Both the position numbers and the translations under genes were made by a program. The notes under the pieces were generated by a model. It had not been told where the DNA came from, ran no database searches, and saw nothing but the letters and a program-made list of their open reading frames with translations. A stretch of DNA of 64,000 nucleotides from Cyclobacteriaceae bacterium (GTDB lineage Bacteria > Bacteroidota > Bacteroidia > Cytophagales > Cyclobacteriaceae): the NCBI GenBank assembly GCA_965228045.1, contig OZ245789.1:3522616-3586615 (forward strand), in the 5' to 3' direction. Positions 18,620 to 28,873 of the stretch are shown in pieces (the first letter of the stretch is position 1; every line of letters begins with the position of its first letter).

Positions 18620-20320
18620 ATGAGAACAGCCCCTCTATTGACCCTTGCCTTTATACTGCTTTTGCAGGCATGCCAGCAACCCACTAAATCCGTCATCAAT
18701 CAAAAATCGGGTGCCATTGGTGATTCGGCAATGGTCACCTCTACCCATCCTCTCGCCACAGAGATCGGTTTGAAAGTATTAAGGAAAGGTGGAAACGCAT
18801 TTGATGCTACCGTGGCCGTTCACTTTGCCTTGCAGGTAGTGTTTCCGGAAGCTGGCAATATTGGTGGAGGTGGATTCGCAGTGGTGCGAACAAGTGAAGG
18901 AGAGACAGCGGCATTGGATTTCAGGGAGAAGGCCCCAAAATATGCCTCGCGTGACATGTACCTTGACGCAAACGGTGATGTGGTACCCATGAAAAGCAGG
19001 ATAGGTCATAAGGCAGCGGGAGTGCCCGGCTCAGTAGCGGGGATGTGGGAGCTACACCAAAAATATGGCTCGATGCCATGGTCGGACCTTGTTCAGTATT
19101 CCATAGAACTGGCCTACAATGGCCATGTTCTCACCGAAAATGCAGCATATAACCTCAATGACAAGCAGGATGACTTCAGGGAAGCGAACAGATATACACC
19201 ATGGGTAGTAAATGAATCGGGCTGGAACGCAGGTGACACTGTGAAGCAGCCGGAACTTGTCGCAACTTTTGTACAGATACAGCAAAACGGGCGTGATGGC
19301 TTCTACAAAGGAATAGTAGCGGATCAAATTGCTCGGGAAATGCTGGCCGGAGGTGGACTGATCCTGGAGGAAGATCTGGAGAAATACCAACCTGTCTGGC
19401 GTGAACCTGTTATTGGAAGCTACAAAGGTCACAAAGTGATATCCATGCCTCCCCCATCCAGCGGTGGCGTAGCAGTCATCCAACTGCTTCAGGGTGCCGA
19501 ACAGTTGAAACTTGGAAACAAGGACCATAATACACCCGAGATGATCCATATCAAGACAGAGCTGGAGCGACGGGTATATGCCGATCGTGCCACCCATCTT
19601 GGTGATCCCGATTACTATGACGTGCCGATGGAAATGCTATTGGACAAGAAGTACAATAAAGAGCGCTTCAGCAACATCAGCTCCCATGAGAAAACTCCTT
19701 CCCAGGAAATCAAGGAAGGTGAGGTAGAAATCATCGAAAGTGTCCAGACTACTCATTACTCCATCGTGGATCAGAAAGGTAATGCCGTATCGGTTACCAC
19801 CACACTTAATGGGTATTTTGGATGCAAAGTGATGGTCAAGGGAGCCGGATTCTTCCTGAACAATGAGATGGATGACTTTAGTGCCAAGCCAGGTGTGCCC
19901 AACATGTTTGGACTCGTGGGCGGAGAAGCAAACGCCATCGCGCCAGGAAAAAGAATGTTGAGCTCCATGACTCCCACCATCGTGGAAAAAGACGGAAAGC
20001 TGTTTATGGTGACGGGTACCCCGGGAGGTGCCACCATCATCACTTCCGTATTTCAGAGCATCATAAATGTGGTAGACTATGGCATGAGCATGCAGGAAGC
20101 TGTGGAGGCCAAGCGATTTCATAGTCAGTGGCTACCTGATGTGGTGCTTTATGAAAAAGGTGCCATCAACACAGCGGATTCCACCAGACTCACAGAAATG
20201 GGCCATGAACTAAGAATGAGGAATGCCTGGGGCAAAATCGATGCGATCCTGGTCAGAGAGGACGGTTCCTATGAAGGAGCTGCCGACCCCAGAGGAGACG
20301 ACTTCGCCGCAGGCTATTGA
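18620..20320 (+). CDS. ggt: gamma-glutamyltransferase
   Basis: Signal peptide, GGGGFAVV, the autoprocessing and nucleophile region TTHYSIVDQKGNAVSVTTTLN, and GTPGGATII. Confidence 0.9.
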   Translation: MRTAPLLTLAFILLLQACQQPTKSVINQKSGAIGDSAMVTSTHPLATEIGLKVLRKGGNAFDATVAVHFALQVVFPEAGNIGGGGFAVVRTSEGETAALDFREKAPKYASRDMYLDANGDVVPMKSRIGHKAAGVPGSVAGMWELHQKYGSMPWSDLVQYSIELAYNGHVLTENAAYNLNDKQDDFREANRYTPWVVNESGWNAGDTVKQPELVATFVQIQQNGRDGFYKGIVADQIAREMLAGGGLILEEDLEKYQPVWREPVIGSYKGHKVISMPPPSSGGVAVIQLLQGAEQLKLGNKDHNTPEMIHIKTELERRVYADRATHLGDPDYYDVPMEMLLDKKYNKERFSNISSHEKTPSQEIKEGEVEIIESVQTTHYSIVDQKGNAVSVTTTLNGYFGCKVMVKGAGFFLNNEMDDFSAKPGVPNMFGLVGGEANAIAPGKRMLSSMTPTIVEKDGKLFMVTGTPGGATIITSVFQSIINVVDYGMSMQEAVEAKRFHSQWLPDVVLYEKGAINTADSTRLTEMGHELRMRNAWGKIDAILVREDGSYEGAADPRGDDFAAGY

Positions 20321-20325
20321 TGTGC

Positions 20326-22944
20326 TTATTCGTTCCTGAGATATCGTACCGGATTGGAAAGAGCGGCTTTGATGGTATTGAAACCGATCGTAAGCCAGGC
20401 GATGATTACGGCTGTAAGGGCTGAACCAATTATGACAGCAACTGAAATATCAACACGATAAGGAAACTGTTGTAACCACTCCCTGAGTAGCAAGGTCGCC
20501 ACCGGAATCGCTATTACCGATCCGAGTAATACAAGTAATGTAAACTCCGTCCCGATCAGTCGAATCAGCCTGCCGACGGATGAGCCAAGCACTTTTCGTA
20601 TGGATATTTCCTTGGTCCTTTCGTTGATGACAAATACAATCATTCCGAAAAGGCCTATACACGAGATGAGGATGCTCAACATGGAGAAAATTGTGAAAAG
20701 CTGAAAAAACCTTTCCTCTTTTTCATACTGTAAGGCATACATGTCTGAAACATATCTGAAATCAAATTGCTCGGCACTGGTGAATTGGTCCCAGATGCCT
20801 TGTAATGCAGTAAGGGTTTCGGCCTTCTTATCCGGATCTATTCTTATTAGAAAATTGTCTGCACTGGATCTGAATCCCGGACGACCCACAAAGTAGGCCA
20901 CAGCTTCTACTTCCTCTTTCATAGACCTGTAATGGAAGTCGCGGACCACCCCAATGATTTCGCGATCCCTGCCGCCGATGTTCACTTTCATTCCTATCAC
21001 ATCCGGGATTCCCATTTTGATTACAGCGGCTTCATTGATCACCACAGACCTTCCGGAATCTGCAGGATACGGTTTTGTGAAGTTTTCTCCATCAACGATC
21101 CTGGCACCGATGGTTTCCAAATATTCATGATCCACTGTTACGATGTTGATGCCCAAGCGCTGCTCTCTGGAGGGTGCATCCCAATAAAATCCCCAGCCAT
21201 TGTTCATTTCACTGGGAAGGGCCTCGCCCGAGATGGCAATTTTACTAACCCCTGACACCGATCGGAACTCCTCCCGGACTACCTCGATTCTTTCCTGCAT
21301 CATTTTATCCTCGGTCTTAATGGCGATCAGGTTTTCCGGATCAAAACCAGGATCTCTGTCTTTCATAAAGTAGAGCTGCTGGAAAATTACCGTTGTACTT
21401 ATGATCAGGAAAACTGAAATGGAAAACTGTATCACCACCAGTGCTCGACGTAAGCGAGATGTGCGTTTGCCTTTACTACGTCCGGCCAGCGCGATGATCG
21501 ATTGCTGACTGGCCATTCCAATCGATGGATAAACCCCTGCGATCAGGACGGTGACAATGAAAATAATACCATAGACTGACAGTGTCTCCCATGAAAAAAT
21601 ATACATCATTGAAAAACTACTTCCCGTAAGGGATGCCAAAGGCTCCCAAACCAGGGCGATCACGATCATCGCCAGCAATCCGCTTATAACATAGAGTAAA
21701 ACAGACTCCGTAATGAACTGCCAGAATATTTGTCTTTGATTGGCACCGGATACCTTCCTGATCCCGACTTCGAGAGATCTCCTGTTGGTGATGGCCGTCG
21801 TAAGATTGATGTTGTTGATCATGGCAATTAGCACGATGAAGGCACCAATCACCCCAAACATCAGGATGTTCTTAAACCGGTTTCCCTGCTCATTTAGCCC
21901 TCCTGCCGAGTAAAGGTGCACCTCCGTCAGAGGCTGGAAAATGTAAGTCCTGTCCTCGGCCAATGCTTTCGAATTTTGCTCAAGGAGGCCAGGCATTTGT
22001 TCCTCAATCCTTTTCGCTGTGGCCTCATCGGTTACCACAAACGTCCTCAACCAGCTAAATCCCCATGATTCATTGAACTGCTGGTACATGTCAAATGCAT
22101 TGGATATAGAACCTATCAATTGGAATGGTAGCATGGTATTGGACGGCAGATCCTCCATGACCCCATCTATCCGCATGCTGAATTCTCTGTCACCATCGTA
22201 AACTTTGATAGGAAGAATCTGTCCTACAGGGTCAGTTCCCGGACCAAAATACTTGTTGCTGACAGTCTCCGTGATGACTACGGTGTTTGGCTTTTGTAAT
22301 GCGGAAGATGGATCTCCATATTTGAATGGTAAATCAAAAACCTCAAATAACTCCGCATCTCCCCAATAGAACTCTTCTTCATAGAATTGCCGCTCCCCCA
22401 GCTCCACATAAACCGGATCATTGCCATACCTGGCTACCAAAACTTCCGAACCAAATTCATTTCGAAGTAAGTTTCCGAGGGGAGTCTGAGTAGCGTGACT
22501 GGCAGAAGATTCTTTTAGATAATGTGTATGTAAAAAATAGGTGTCATTTGCATTTTCATGATACCGATCAAAACTTATCTCGTGGTGGAGATAAGCAATG
22601 ATGAAAAGGGCACAGCACAAGGCAGAGGTCAATCCTATTACATTGATCCCAGAGATCAATTTGTGCTTGAAAAGGGATCTGATCCCGATTTTGATGTTGT
22701 TGTGTAGCATAGTAACGTCCATTATTTTGAGTAGTATTTGAGAGAATCCCCTCAATTGATAAGTTTTGATTTCCCGGATGCCCTGCAGGCTGTAGCCAAA
22801 TGATTTGAAAAAATCATGAGTGGATCTTTGGTCCTGGTGATACCATTCATGGAGATCACCGATTACCTCGTCATGAAACCGATCCCGGATGAGCAATTCC
22901 AGCATCCGATCCACCCAGCCCGGAGGAGATTGTTTATTGACCAT
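20326..22944 (-). CDS. FtsX/MacB-like ABC transporter permease with N-terminal prefix domain
   Basis: 872 aa. Two FtsX-type 4-TM modules separated by a periplasmic domain. Overlaps the PadR gene stop. Confidence 0.8.
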   Translation of the reverse strand: MVNKQSPPGWVDRMLELLIRDRFHDEVIGDLHEWYHQDQRSTHDFFKSFGYSLQGIREIKTYQLRGFSQILLKIMDVTMLHNNIKIGIRSLFKHKLISGINVIGLTSALCCALFIIAYLHHEISFDRYHENANDTYFLHTHYLKESSASHATQTPLGNLLRNEFGSEVLVARYGNDPVYVELGERQFYEEEFYWGDAELFEVFDLPFKYGDPSSALQKPNTVVITETVSNKYFGPGTDPVGQILPIKVYDGDREFSMRIDGVMEDLPSNTMLPFQLIGSISNAFDMYQQFNESWGFSWLRTFVVTDEATAKRIEEQMPGLLEQNSKALAEDRTYIFQPLTEVHLYSAGGLNEQGNRFKNILMFGVIGAFIVLIAMINNINLTTAITNRRSLEVGIRKVSGANQRQIFWQFITESVLLYVISGLLAMIVIALVWEPLASLTGSSFSMMYIFSWETLSVYGIIFIVTVLIAGVYPSIGMASQQSIIALAGRSKGKRTSRLRRALVVIQFSISVFLIISTTVIFQQLYFMKDRDPGFDPENLIAIKTEDKMMQERIEVVREEFRSVSGVSKIAISGEALPSEMNNGWGFYWDAPSREQRLGINIVTVDHEYLETIGARIVDGENFTKPYPADSGRSVVINEAAVIKMGIPDVIGMKVNIGGRDREIIGVVRDFHYRSMKEEVEAVAYFVGRPGFRSSADNFLIRIDPDKKAETLTALQGIWDQFTSAEQFDFRYVSDMYALQYEKEERFFQLFTIFSMLSILISCIGLFGMIVFVINERTKEISIRKVLGSSVGRLIRLIGTEFTLLVLLGSVIAIPVATLLLREWLQQFPYRVDISVAVIIGSALTAVIIAWLTIGFNTIKAALSNPVRYLRNE

Positions 22945-23257
22945 TTTGTGGCATTAGTTTCCAAAGACTATCACGCATTTGCTTAGCTTCCTCCAACGCT
23001 TTATTGCCATCGTCGGTGATGGTGTACAGCCGCTTACTCCTGCCGCCCCTTTCCTTGCTGGCCCCTCCTACCTCGGACTGAACGAATCCTTTTTGCTCCA
23101 GTCGGTAGAGCGCTGTATGAATGGTGCTGACGGTCACTTTTCTTCCGGTCTTATCTTCAATTTCATTGAGAATGGATATGCCATAAGCTTCTCCCGTGAG
23201 GATGGCGACCATGAGTAGAATGAGCTCCTCAAATTCTCCTAAATGGGTTCCTTTCAT
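22934..23257 (-). CDS. PadR-family transcriptional regulator
   Basis: Start moved to MKGTHLGEFEELILL. Winged-helix segment YGISILNEIEDKTGRKVTVSTIHTALYRLEQKGFV. Confidence 0.8.
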   Translation of the reverse strand: MKGTHLGEFEELILLMVAILTGEAYGISILNEIEDKTGRKVTVSTIHTALYRLEQKGFVQSEVGGASKERGGRSKRLYTITDDGNKALEEAKQMRDSLWKLMPQNGQ

Positions 23258-23355
23258 ATTATATTCGTAAATGCCAATGTAATAATAATGTATTATCTTC
23301 TTATTTGCCAAACTAATAATAAAAACTACAAGTCTGAGCTGCTGTCAAGAAATAA

Positions 23356-24885
23356 TCAATTGGAAATAATGGTGAACTCCACGCGTCGGTTCAGGCGTCG
23401 GTTCTCCTCGGTATCATTGGGTGCTATGGGGTCATTTCCACCATAGCCTCTACCCTGGATCCTGTCGTAATCGATACCCGTGGACAGCAGATACTCCTGC
23501 ACCACTTTTACCCTTTCGCGGGAAAGCTCGAGATTCAGGGCAGGATCTCCCCGATTGTCCGTGTGACCTTTCAGTAGGATTTTGACCTTCGGATTTTCTT
23601 TCAACATTTCCGACACTACATTTAACTCCGTCTCCGAACCTTCTATAAAATTGGCTGTACCCTGGTAAAAAAGCACATGCTCCAGGTTAATGGTATTACC
23701 CACTTTCAATTCGTCAACGGAAATGAAAATTGAATCGGTATTCTGAAGCTCCGAACCCGTAATGTTTGTCATATGATTTAGATACCCCTGTGCCCTGGTC
23801 TCGATCACAAGGTCTTCATAGTTTTCAAAAGACAGATTTTCTCCTGATTGCAATTCCTCATTTGTATTCTCGCCAAGAAGAAGAATCGTACCTTCGACTT
23901 TGTTGTTGTCCTCGTCGACGAGTGTAAAAACTTTCGCCGTTGGGTCAACCTCCGCCTCGAGCTGGAAGTCTGTCTGGGACTGTTCCACGAGTTGAATGTC
24001 GCTGGTGATCCTGATCCGCTTTACGTCGCCGTATCCATCGCTGTCCGTGGTGGAAACATAATACGCATAATCCGATCCCGGCAAAAACGAAAAAGACGTT
24101 TCCGACCCACGTGTGTTGACAGATCCAAGGTTCACCGGCTCCGTCCAATTCTGCCATGTATCATCGATCCTCCTGGATACATATAGATCAAAACTCCCAT
24201 TCGTATCCGGACGTCCATTGGTGGCAAAAATCAGGGTCTCATTATCAGGGGCCAGGAAAGGCGTGTATTCCTGGAATGCTGTATTGATCCTGTATCCGAG
24301 GTTCCTGGGACTGCTCCATTTGCCATCACTGTTCAGGTGCGAAACATAAAGGTCCTCCACGCCATAGGTGAAATTGCCCTCCATGCTAAAAAGTATATGC
24401 TTTCCATCTGCCGAAATGGATGCAGACTGGTGCTCGCTAAGATTATTGAAATTAGTAATGTCCATTCTACGATGGTTGACCAGTGTGTCACCATCCAGCT
24501 CCGCCACCCAAATCTCTCCCCTGAAAACGCCCACATCGAACATGGTCGTGCTGTACAGCAAGTATCGACCTGAGTTGACAAAACCGATAGGTGATACCAT
24601 TTTACTCGGATGTACATTGATAGAAGGTTTGGGACTGTGCCATGCTGAGTCCAGTGAAGTGATCCATAAATCGCCAGGATTGTGCTTTCCGCCAATGTTT
24701 CCGGGATGGATCCTACGCGTAATGATCATTCTTTCTCCCGAGGGATGTAGCGCAAGAAAGCTTTCATCGTATTGTGAGTTTACAGCCCTTATAGGTTCTG
24801 GTTCGCCAAATAGGCTAATAGCCGCATCCTGAGCGATGATTGAGTTTAGAAAAAAGCAAAACAGAACGAAGAATAAAGAGCGCAT
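23356..24885 (-). CDS. OmpA-family protein with TolB-like beta-propeller repeats
   Basis: Signal peptide. Repeated S.DG....F motifs. C-terminal OmpA domain (GHTDNRGDPALNLELSRERV...NRRVEF). Confidence 0.75.
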   Translation of the reverse strand: MRSLFFVLFCFFLNSIIAQDAAISLFGEPEPIRAVNSQYDESFLALHPSGERMIITRRIHPGNIGGKHNPGDLWITSLDSAWHSPKPSINVHPSKMVSPIGFVNSGRYLLYSTTMFDVGVFRGEIWVAELDGDTLVNHRRMDITNFNNLSEHQSASISADGKHILFSMEGNFTYGVEDLYVSHLNSDGKWSSPRNLGYRINTAFQEYTPFLAPDNETLIFATNGRPDTNGSFDLYVSRRIDDTWQNWTEPVNLGSVNTRGSETSFSFLPGSDYAYYVSTTDSDGYGDVKRIRITSDIQLVEQSQTDFQLEAEVDPTAKVFTLVDEDNNKVEGTILLLGENTNEELQSGENLSFENYEDLVIETRAQGYLNHMTNITGSELQNTDSIFISVDELKVGNTINLEHVLFYQGTANFIEGSETELNVVSEMLKENPKVKILLKGHTDNRGDPALNLELSRERVKVVQEYLLSTGIDYDRIQGRGYGGNDPIAPNDTEENRRLNRRVEFTIISN

Positions 24886-25030
24886 ATATAACTATTTCAA
24901 TAATAAATTTTGATTTCTATAGAATTATCCTTACTTTTATAAATAAATCAATAAAATTTTGCACTTTATTGATTTAACATTCTTAACACAAAGATATACT
25001 TCTTAAGGTGTTAATGAATAGAATTTGTGG

Positions 25031-25064
25031 CCCACCTGCTCGCATGTATTTGTTGAGAGGTGGG
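25031..25064. terminator. hairpin abutting the ghrA-like stop codon
   Basis: CCCACCT-N20-AGGTGGG flanked by a T/A run. Which strand it serves is ambiguous. Confidence 0.3.
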
Positions 25065-25068
25065 TTTT

Positions 25069-25995
25069 TTAATACCCTTTCTGCCTATCCACAAGGCCCG
25101 TTAATTCACCACCATTCACAGTACTTCTATGATTGGCAACAATCTGCGGAATAGCCGCATCAGGTTTGGTCACAACCGCAATATGTGGAGTGATAAATAC
25201 TTTTGGGTGGTCCCAAAGACGGCTTTCCTTTGGTAAAGGCTCTGAAGGAAACACGTCCAGGAAAGCCCCGGCCAGCTGACCGGAATCCAGCGCAGCCAGA
25301 ATATCCTCATCTACCTGGTGATGCCCGCGTGCCACGTTGATCAGGAACGAACCTTTCGGTAAACGGTCAAAAAGATCCTTTGACAAGATGTTCTTAGTTT
25401 CGGGTGTAGCAGGCAACATGCAGATCAGGAGGTTGATTTCAGCAAGAAATTCATCCATCTCTTCCATCACATAGGATTTCACACCCTTAATTTCCTTCCT
25501 CGATTGGCTCATTCCCGATACTTCAAAGCCAAGCGGAACCAATTTGGAGGCAAGGTCTCCGCCTAGCTCACCCAGTCCCAGGATACCCACCCTGATGGAC
25601 CGCTCCGGATCAAATTCCTGTTCCCATTTCCGATTCAGCTTATCCCCGGCATATTTATCAAATTGTTTTTTATAATAGAGCACTGCTCCAATACAGTAAT
25701 TGGACATAGGCTCTGACAATATCGGGCTGATGATCCTGGAAACTTTGGCTCCCTTTGGTAGCTTCGGATCGGATAGGATATGATCCACACCGGCTCCAAG
25801 CGACGCCACCAGTTTCACATCCGGGATCCTGTCAAAAAGGTCCGACCGATGGTTCCAAACGACTGCCGTCGAAACTTTGGACGGGTCATCCATTTGATCA
25901 AACAGGATCACCTGGTCCTCTCCCAATTCTTTGCGAAAAGCCTCGGCCCATGGTCCCAGATCTTTGGTCACCGAATCTATCAGTAGTAAACTCAT
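25069..25995 (-). CDS. ghrA: glyoxylate/hydroxypyruvate reductase A-like D-2-hydroxyacid dehydrogenase
   Basis: GILGLGELGG NAD motif. LPATPETKNI, NVARGHHQVDEDILAALDSGQLAGAFLDVF, ITPHIA and the terminal VDRQKGY parallel E. coli GhrA. Confidence 0.75.
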   Translation of the reverse strand: MSLLLIDSVTKDLGPWAEAFRKELGEDQVILFDQMDDPSKVSTAVVWNHRSDLFDRIPDVKLVASLGAGVDHILSDPKLPKGAKVSRIISPILSEPMSNYCIGAVLYYKKQFDKYAGDKLNRKWEQEFDPERSIRVGILGLGELGGDLASKLVPLGFEVSGMSQSRKEIKGVKSYVMEEMDEFLAEINLLICMLPATPETKNILSKDLFDRLPKGSFLINVARGHHQVDEDILAALDSGQLAGAFLDVFPSEPLPKESRLWDHPKVFITPHIAVVTKPDAAIPQIVANHRSTVNGGELTGLVDRQKGY

Positions 25996-26001
25996 CGAAT
26001 A

Positions 26002-26634
26002 TTATTTCATTGGTTTCTGCACGCCCCTACTCACATAAGGATTACCTTCTGCAAAAAAGCGCCAGGGCAATTTAGCATCCTCCCTTGCATAATCCACACC
26101 TACCCGTCGGTCGGCGGTGATTTTCAGGTCTTGCCGGTATGCTGCGATCCAGATGGTATCTCCCAGCAGATCAGTGCCCGTCTGGGAAGTATGAAAACCA
26201 AACGCCTTCCCCAATGAACCCGGTCCGGAAGTGAGCCGGTGTCCCTTTGCCCCTCCTCTGCGCAGCTCCATGACCTCCTGTCCGGCAACAGGTTCTGCCG
26301 CGCGCACCAGTATGGCGTCCGCATTTCCATTTTCATTGGTGACAATATTAAACATCTGGTGGATGCCATAGCAGAGGTAAACATATGCATGACCAGGTGA
26401 ACCGTACATAACTTCCGTCCGCGACGTGCGTTTGCCGTAAGCGTGACTTGCCCGGTCAGTGGCACCCTGATAGGCCTCCACCTCCACGATCATACCGGCC
26501 GTATAATCACCATCAATGTGACTAATCAGTAATTTTCCTATCAAATCCCGGGCAATTTCTACTACATTCGAGCGATGATAAAACGCTCGAGGCAGTTTTT
26601 CGTATTCTGATATATCTATTTGATCAATAACCAA
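26002..26634 (-). CDS. mpg: DNA-3-methyladenine glycosylase (Mpg/AAG family)
   Basis: IVEVEAY...DRASHAY.GKRT.RTEVMYG.PGHAYVYLCYGIH.MFN is the family signature. Confidence 0.85.
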   Translation of the reverse strand: MVIDQIDISEYEKLPRAFYHRSNVVEIARDLIGKLLISHIDGDYTAGMIVEVEAYQGATDRASHAYGKRTSRTEVMYGSPGHAYVYLCYGIHQMFNIVTNENGNADAILVRAAEPVAGQEVMELRRGGAKGHRLTSGPGSLGKAFGFHTSQTGTDLLGDTIWIAAYRQDLKITADRRVGVDYAREDAKLPWRFFAEGNPYVSRGVQKPMK

Positions 26635-26650
26635 AAAACAATTTTATAGA

Positions 26651-27517
26651 ATGACAAAAATTACTAAGCTAACGTTAATCTGTTTATTGGCAAGTTTTGG
26701 TGCTTTCGCACAAATCACTACGCCGATAGCCAGCCCTTCCGGATCGTTCAGCACACGTGTGGGATTAACCGATGTAACCATTGACTATTTCCGACCAGGT
26801 GTTAAAGGAAGGAAAATATTCGGAGAAGGTTCTGATTTCCTACAGCCTTACGGCCAATTCTGGAGAGCAGGTGCCAACACCGGTACTACCATCACATTCA
26901 CCTCTGACGCGAAAGTTGGCGGTGTGGACATCGAAGGCGGTACTTACCTGATCCTGGCTACTCCGGGCAAAGACAACTGGAGGTTTGTTCTTTATTCTGA
27001 TCCCAGCATAGGCGCTAACCTGTCTGCCGTGGAAGATGACAAGATCGCTGTGGATGTGAATGTACCCAATGTGATGCTTTCTTCACCGGCAGAGAGCCTT
27101 ACCTACCTGGTATCTGATATTTCAGCGGACAATACGACTGCCAACATTCACTTCATGTGGGCGGATCACTCGTACAAGGTGCCCATCGAGGTGTCTTACG
27201 ACGAAATGGTGATGGCAGACATTAAAGCCAAAACCACTGTGAACCCAGGCAACTACATGCAGGCGGCTAACTATTACCTAACGACTGGTAAAGATCTTAA
27301 CCAGGCGCTGGAGTGGGCCAACATGTACCTGGCCATAGAAGGCAATGAGCGGCAGTTCTGGAATGTCCACACCAAGGCTCAGATCCTTGCAAAACTTGGA
27401 AAGAAGAAAGAAGCGATCGCTGCGGCTGAAAAGTCCATCGAAATCGCAAAAGGTAACGAAGGCGGAGACTTCGGTTACGTAAAAAGAAACCAGGACCTGA
27501 TCGATTCTTTGAAATAA
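26651..27517 (+). CDS. DUF2911-like secreted protein with C-terminal TPR-like helix region
   Basis: Signal peptide. Segment YFRPGVKGRKIFG...PYGQFWRAGANTGTTITF. Confidence 0.55.
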   Translation: MTKITKLTLICLLASFGAFAQITTPIASPSGSFSTRVGLTDVTIDYFRPGVKGRKIFGEGSDFLQPYGQFWRAGANTGTTITFTSDAKVGGVDIEGGTYLILATPGKDNWRFVLYSDPSIGANLSAVEDDKIAVDVNVPNVMLSSPAESLTYLVSDISADNTTANIHFMWADHSYKVPIEVSYDEMVMADIKAKTTVNPGNYMQAANYYLTTGKDLNQALEWANMYLAIEGNERQFWNVHTKAQILAKLGKKKEAIAAAEKSIEIAKGNEGGDFGYVKRNQDLIDSLK

Positions 27518-27540
27518 GAGCAGATCAACCTACGAAATTA

Positions 27541-27567
27541 AAAGGCGTCCCTCAGGCGCCTTTTTTT
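27541..27567 (+). terminator. rho-independent terminator
   Basis: AAAGGCG-tccctcagg-CGCCTTTTTTT, 24 nt after the stop at 27517. Confidence 0.6.
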
Positions 27568-27758
27568 ATGTCCGATATTCGATTAATCGTTGTTCGAAAT
27601 TATATTTGCTTAGACATTGGAAAATATCAACCATGGTGGTTATCACACCCAATAGGCAGTATATCAACCATGGTAGAATTTGGTATTTTAGGGGTTAACC
27701 CGCTTATTTTTAACATATGATAAATGATTAAACTTTCAGATCTTATCAACGTGCCACT

Positions 27759-28031
27759 ATGGAAGAACTGATAGATTATATCCTGCAATTTGGCACGCTC
27801 AATACACAGCAATTAAAACTTTTGACCCGGGATGCAATTGAAATTGATCTTCAAAAAGACAGATATTTCTCCAAGGCCGGAAAAATCCCAAGGCAAGTTG
27901 GTTTTATAAAGGAACAACATATTCAAATATCGGAGAACAAAGCTGAACTTGAGAAATGCATTGAAGCCAATCTAACTCAAATTTTAGCTAACTGTAGACG
28001 AACTCCGTTTCGGACCCTTATGTTTCTCTAA
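27759..28031 (+). pseudogene. N-terminal fragment of a Crp/Fnr-family (cNMP-binding) regulator
   Basis: MEELIDYILQFGTLNTQQLKLLTRDAIEIDLQKDRYFSKAGKIPRQVGFIKE matches the first ~50 aa of common Bacteroidota Crp-family proteins. The frame then diverges and stops at 90 aa (full length is about 190 aa). Confidence 0.5.
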
Positions 28032-28113
28032 TGAAGGGAGGAGTAAATTTTTCAGCAAGTTTGGTTCTACCAGATAAGTATATTTCTCCGTTGAGAATTG
28101 CTAAATTTACTTG

Positions 28114-28638
28114 ATGGCAAAGGAGCAGGAGAAACTTGATTTTTGGATTGATGATTTGACTGATTCTATTCGCAATAGAATTTCAGGTGACAGCTTTCAA
28201 ACAGAAGTTTCCAGGTTAACGAAAAAGGATTTAAAAATAGTAACTAAAAAAGCAGGATGGAACTTTAGTTGGAATACTGAATTGGCAGACAATTCACGGG
28301 AAGTTTTCAAACTGACTATTGTCAATAACCCATCGGTGATCCAAGGTTTAATGAGTGTAACTATTGAAAGCGATCACGTTTACATGAACTTGCTAGAAAG
28401 TGCGCCGTTCAACACAGGAGAAGACAAGCTTTATGAAGGAGTTCCAGGAAACATGGTTGCATATGCTTGTAAGCTCTCATTTCGGCATGGTCATGATGGC
28501 TTTGTGGCTTTCACTGCTAAAACCAAGTTGATTAAGCACTATGAGGCAACTTTGGGTGCATATCATTTTGGAGGGCATAAAATGATTTTACCGACAGATG
28601 CTTCGAAGAAGCTGGTAGAGAAGTACTTTAAAACTTAA
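28114..28638 (+). CDS. hypothetical protein (possibly acyl-CoA N-acyltransferase-like fold)
   Basis: 174-aa ORF from the ATG at 28114. No firm motif. Confidence 0.45.
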   Translation: MAKEQEKLDFWIDDLTDSIRNRISGDSFQTEVSRLTKKDLKIVTKKAGWNFSWNTELADNSREVFKLTIVNNPSVIQGLMSVTIESDHVYMNLLESAPFNTGEDKLYEGVPGNMVAYACKLSFRHGHDGFVAFTAKTKLIKHYEATLGAYHFGGHKMILPTDASKKLVEKYFKT

Positions 28639-28642
28639 AGAC

Positions 28643-28792
28643 ATGGGATATATAAAAGAGCCGAAAGGTGTGGATTTCATAATTGATAGTAAACCCTTAA
28701 CGGAAAAGGACAGAAAGGATATTGGTAAATTTATAGCCGAATATAAGCGTAAATCCAAAAAAAGAACATCTCGAATAAAAGAAACGGAATAG
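28643..28792 (+). CDS. small basic ORF (49 aa)
   Basis: Not in the ORF track. MGYIKEPKGVDFIIDSKPLTEKDRKDIGKFIAEYKRKSKKRTSRIKETE, 4 nt after the upstream stop. Confidence 0.3.
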   Translation: MGYIKEPKGVDFIIDSKPLTEKDRKDIGKFIAEYKRKSKKRTSRIKETE

Positions 28793-28873
28793 CTATCTTC
28801 AACGGCTGCGGGATGGATGTATCCGACTACCAACGGACGCCTTTTAGTTTGACGATATCACAGGAAAACGCAG

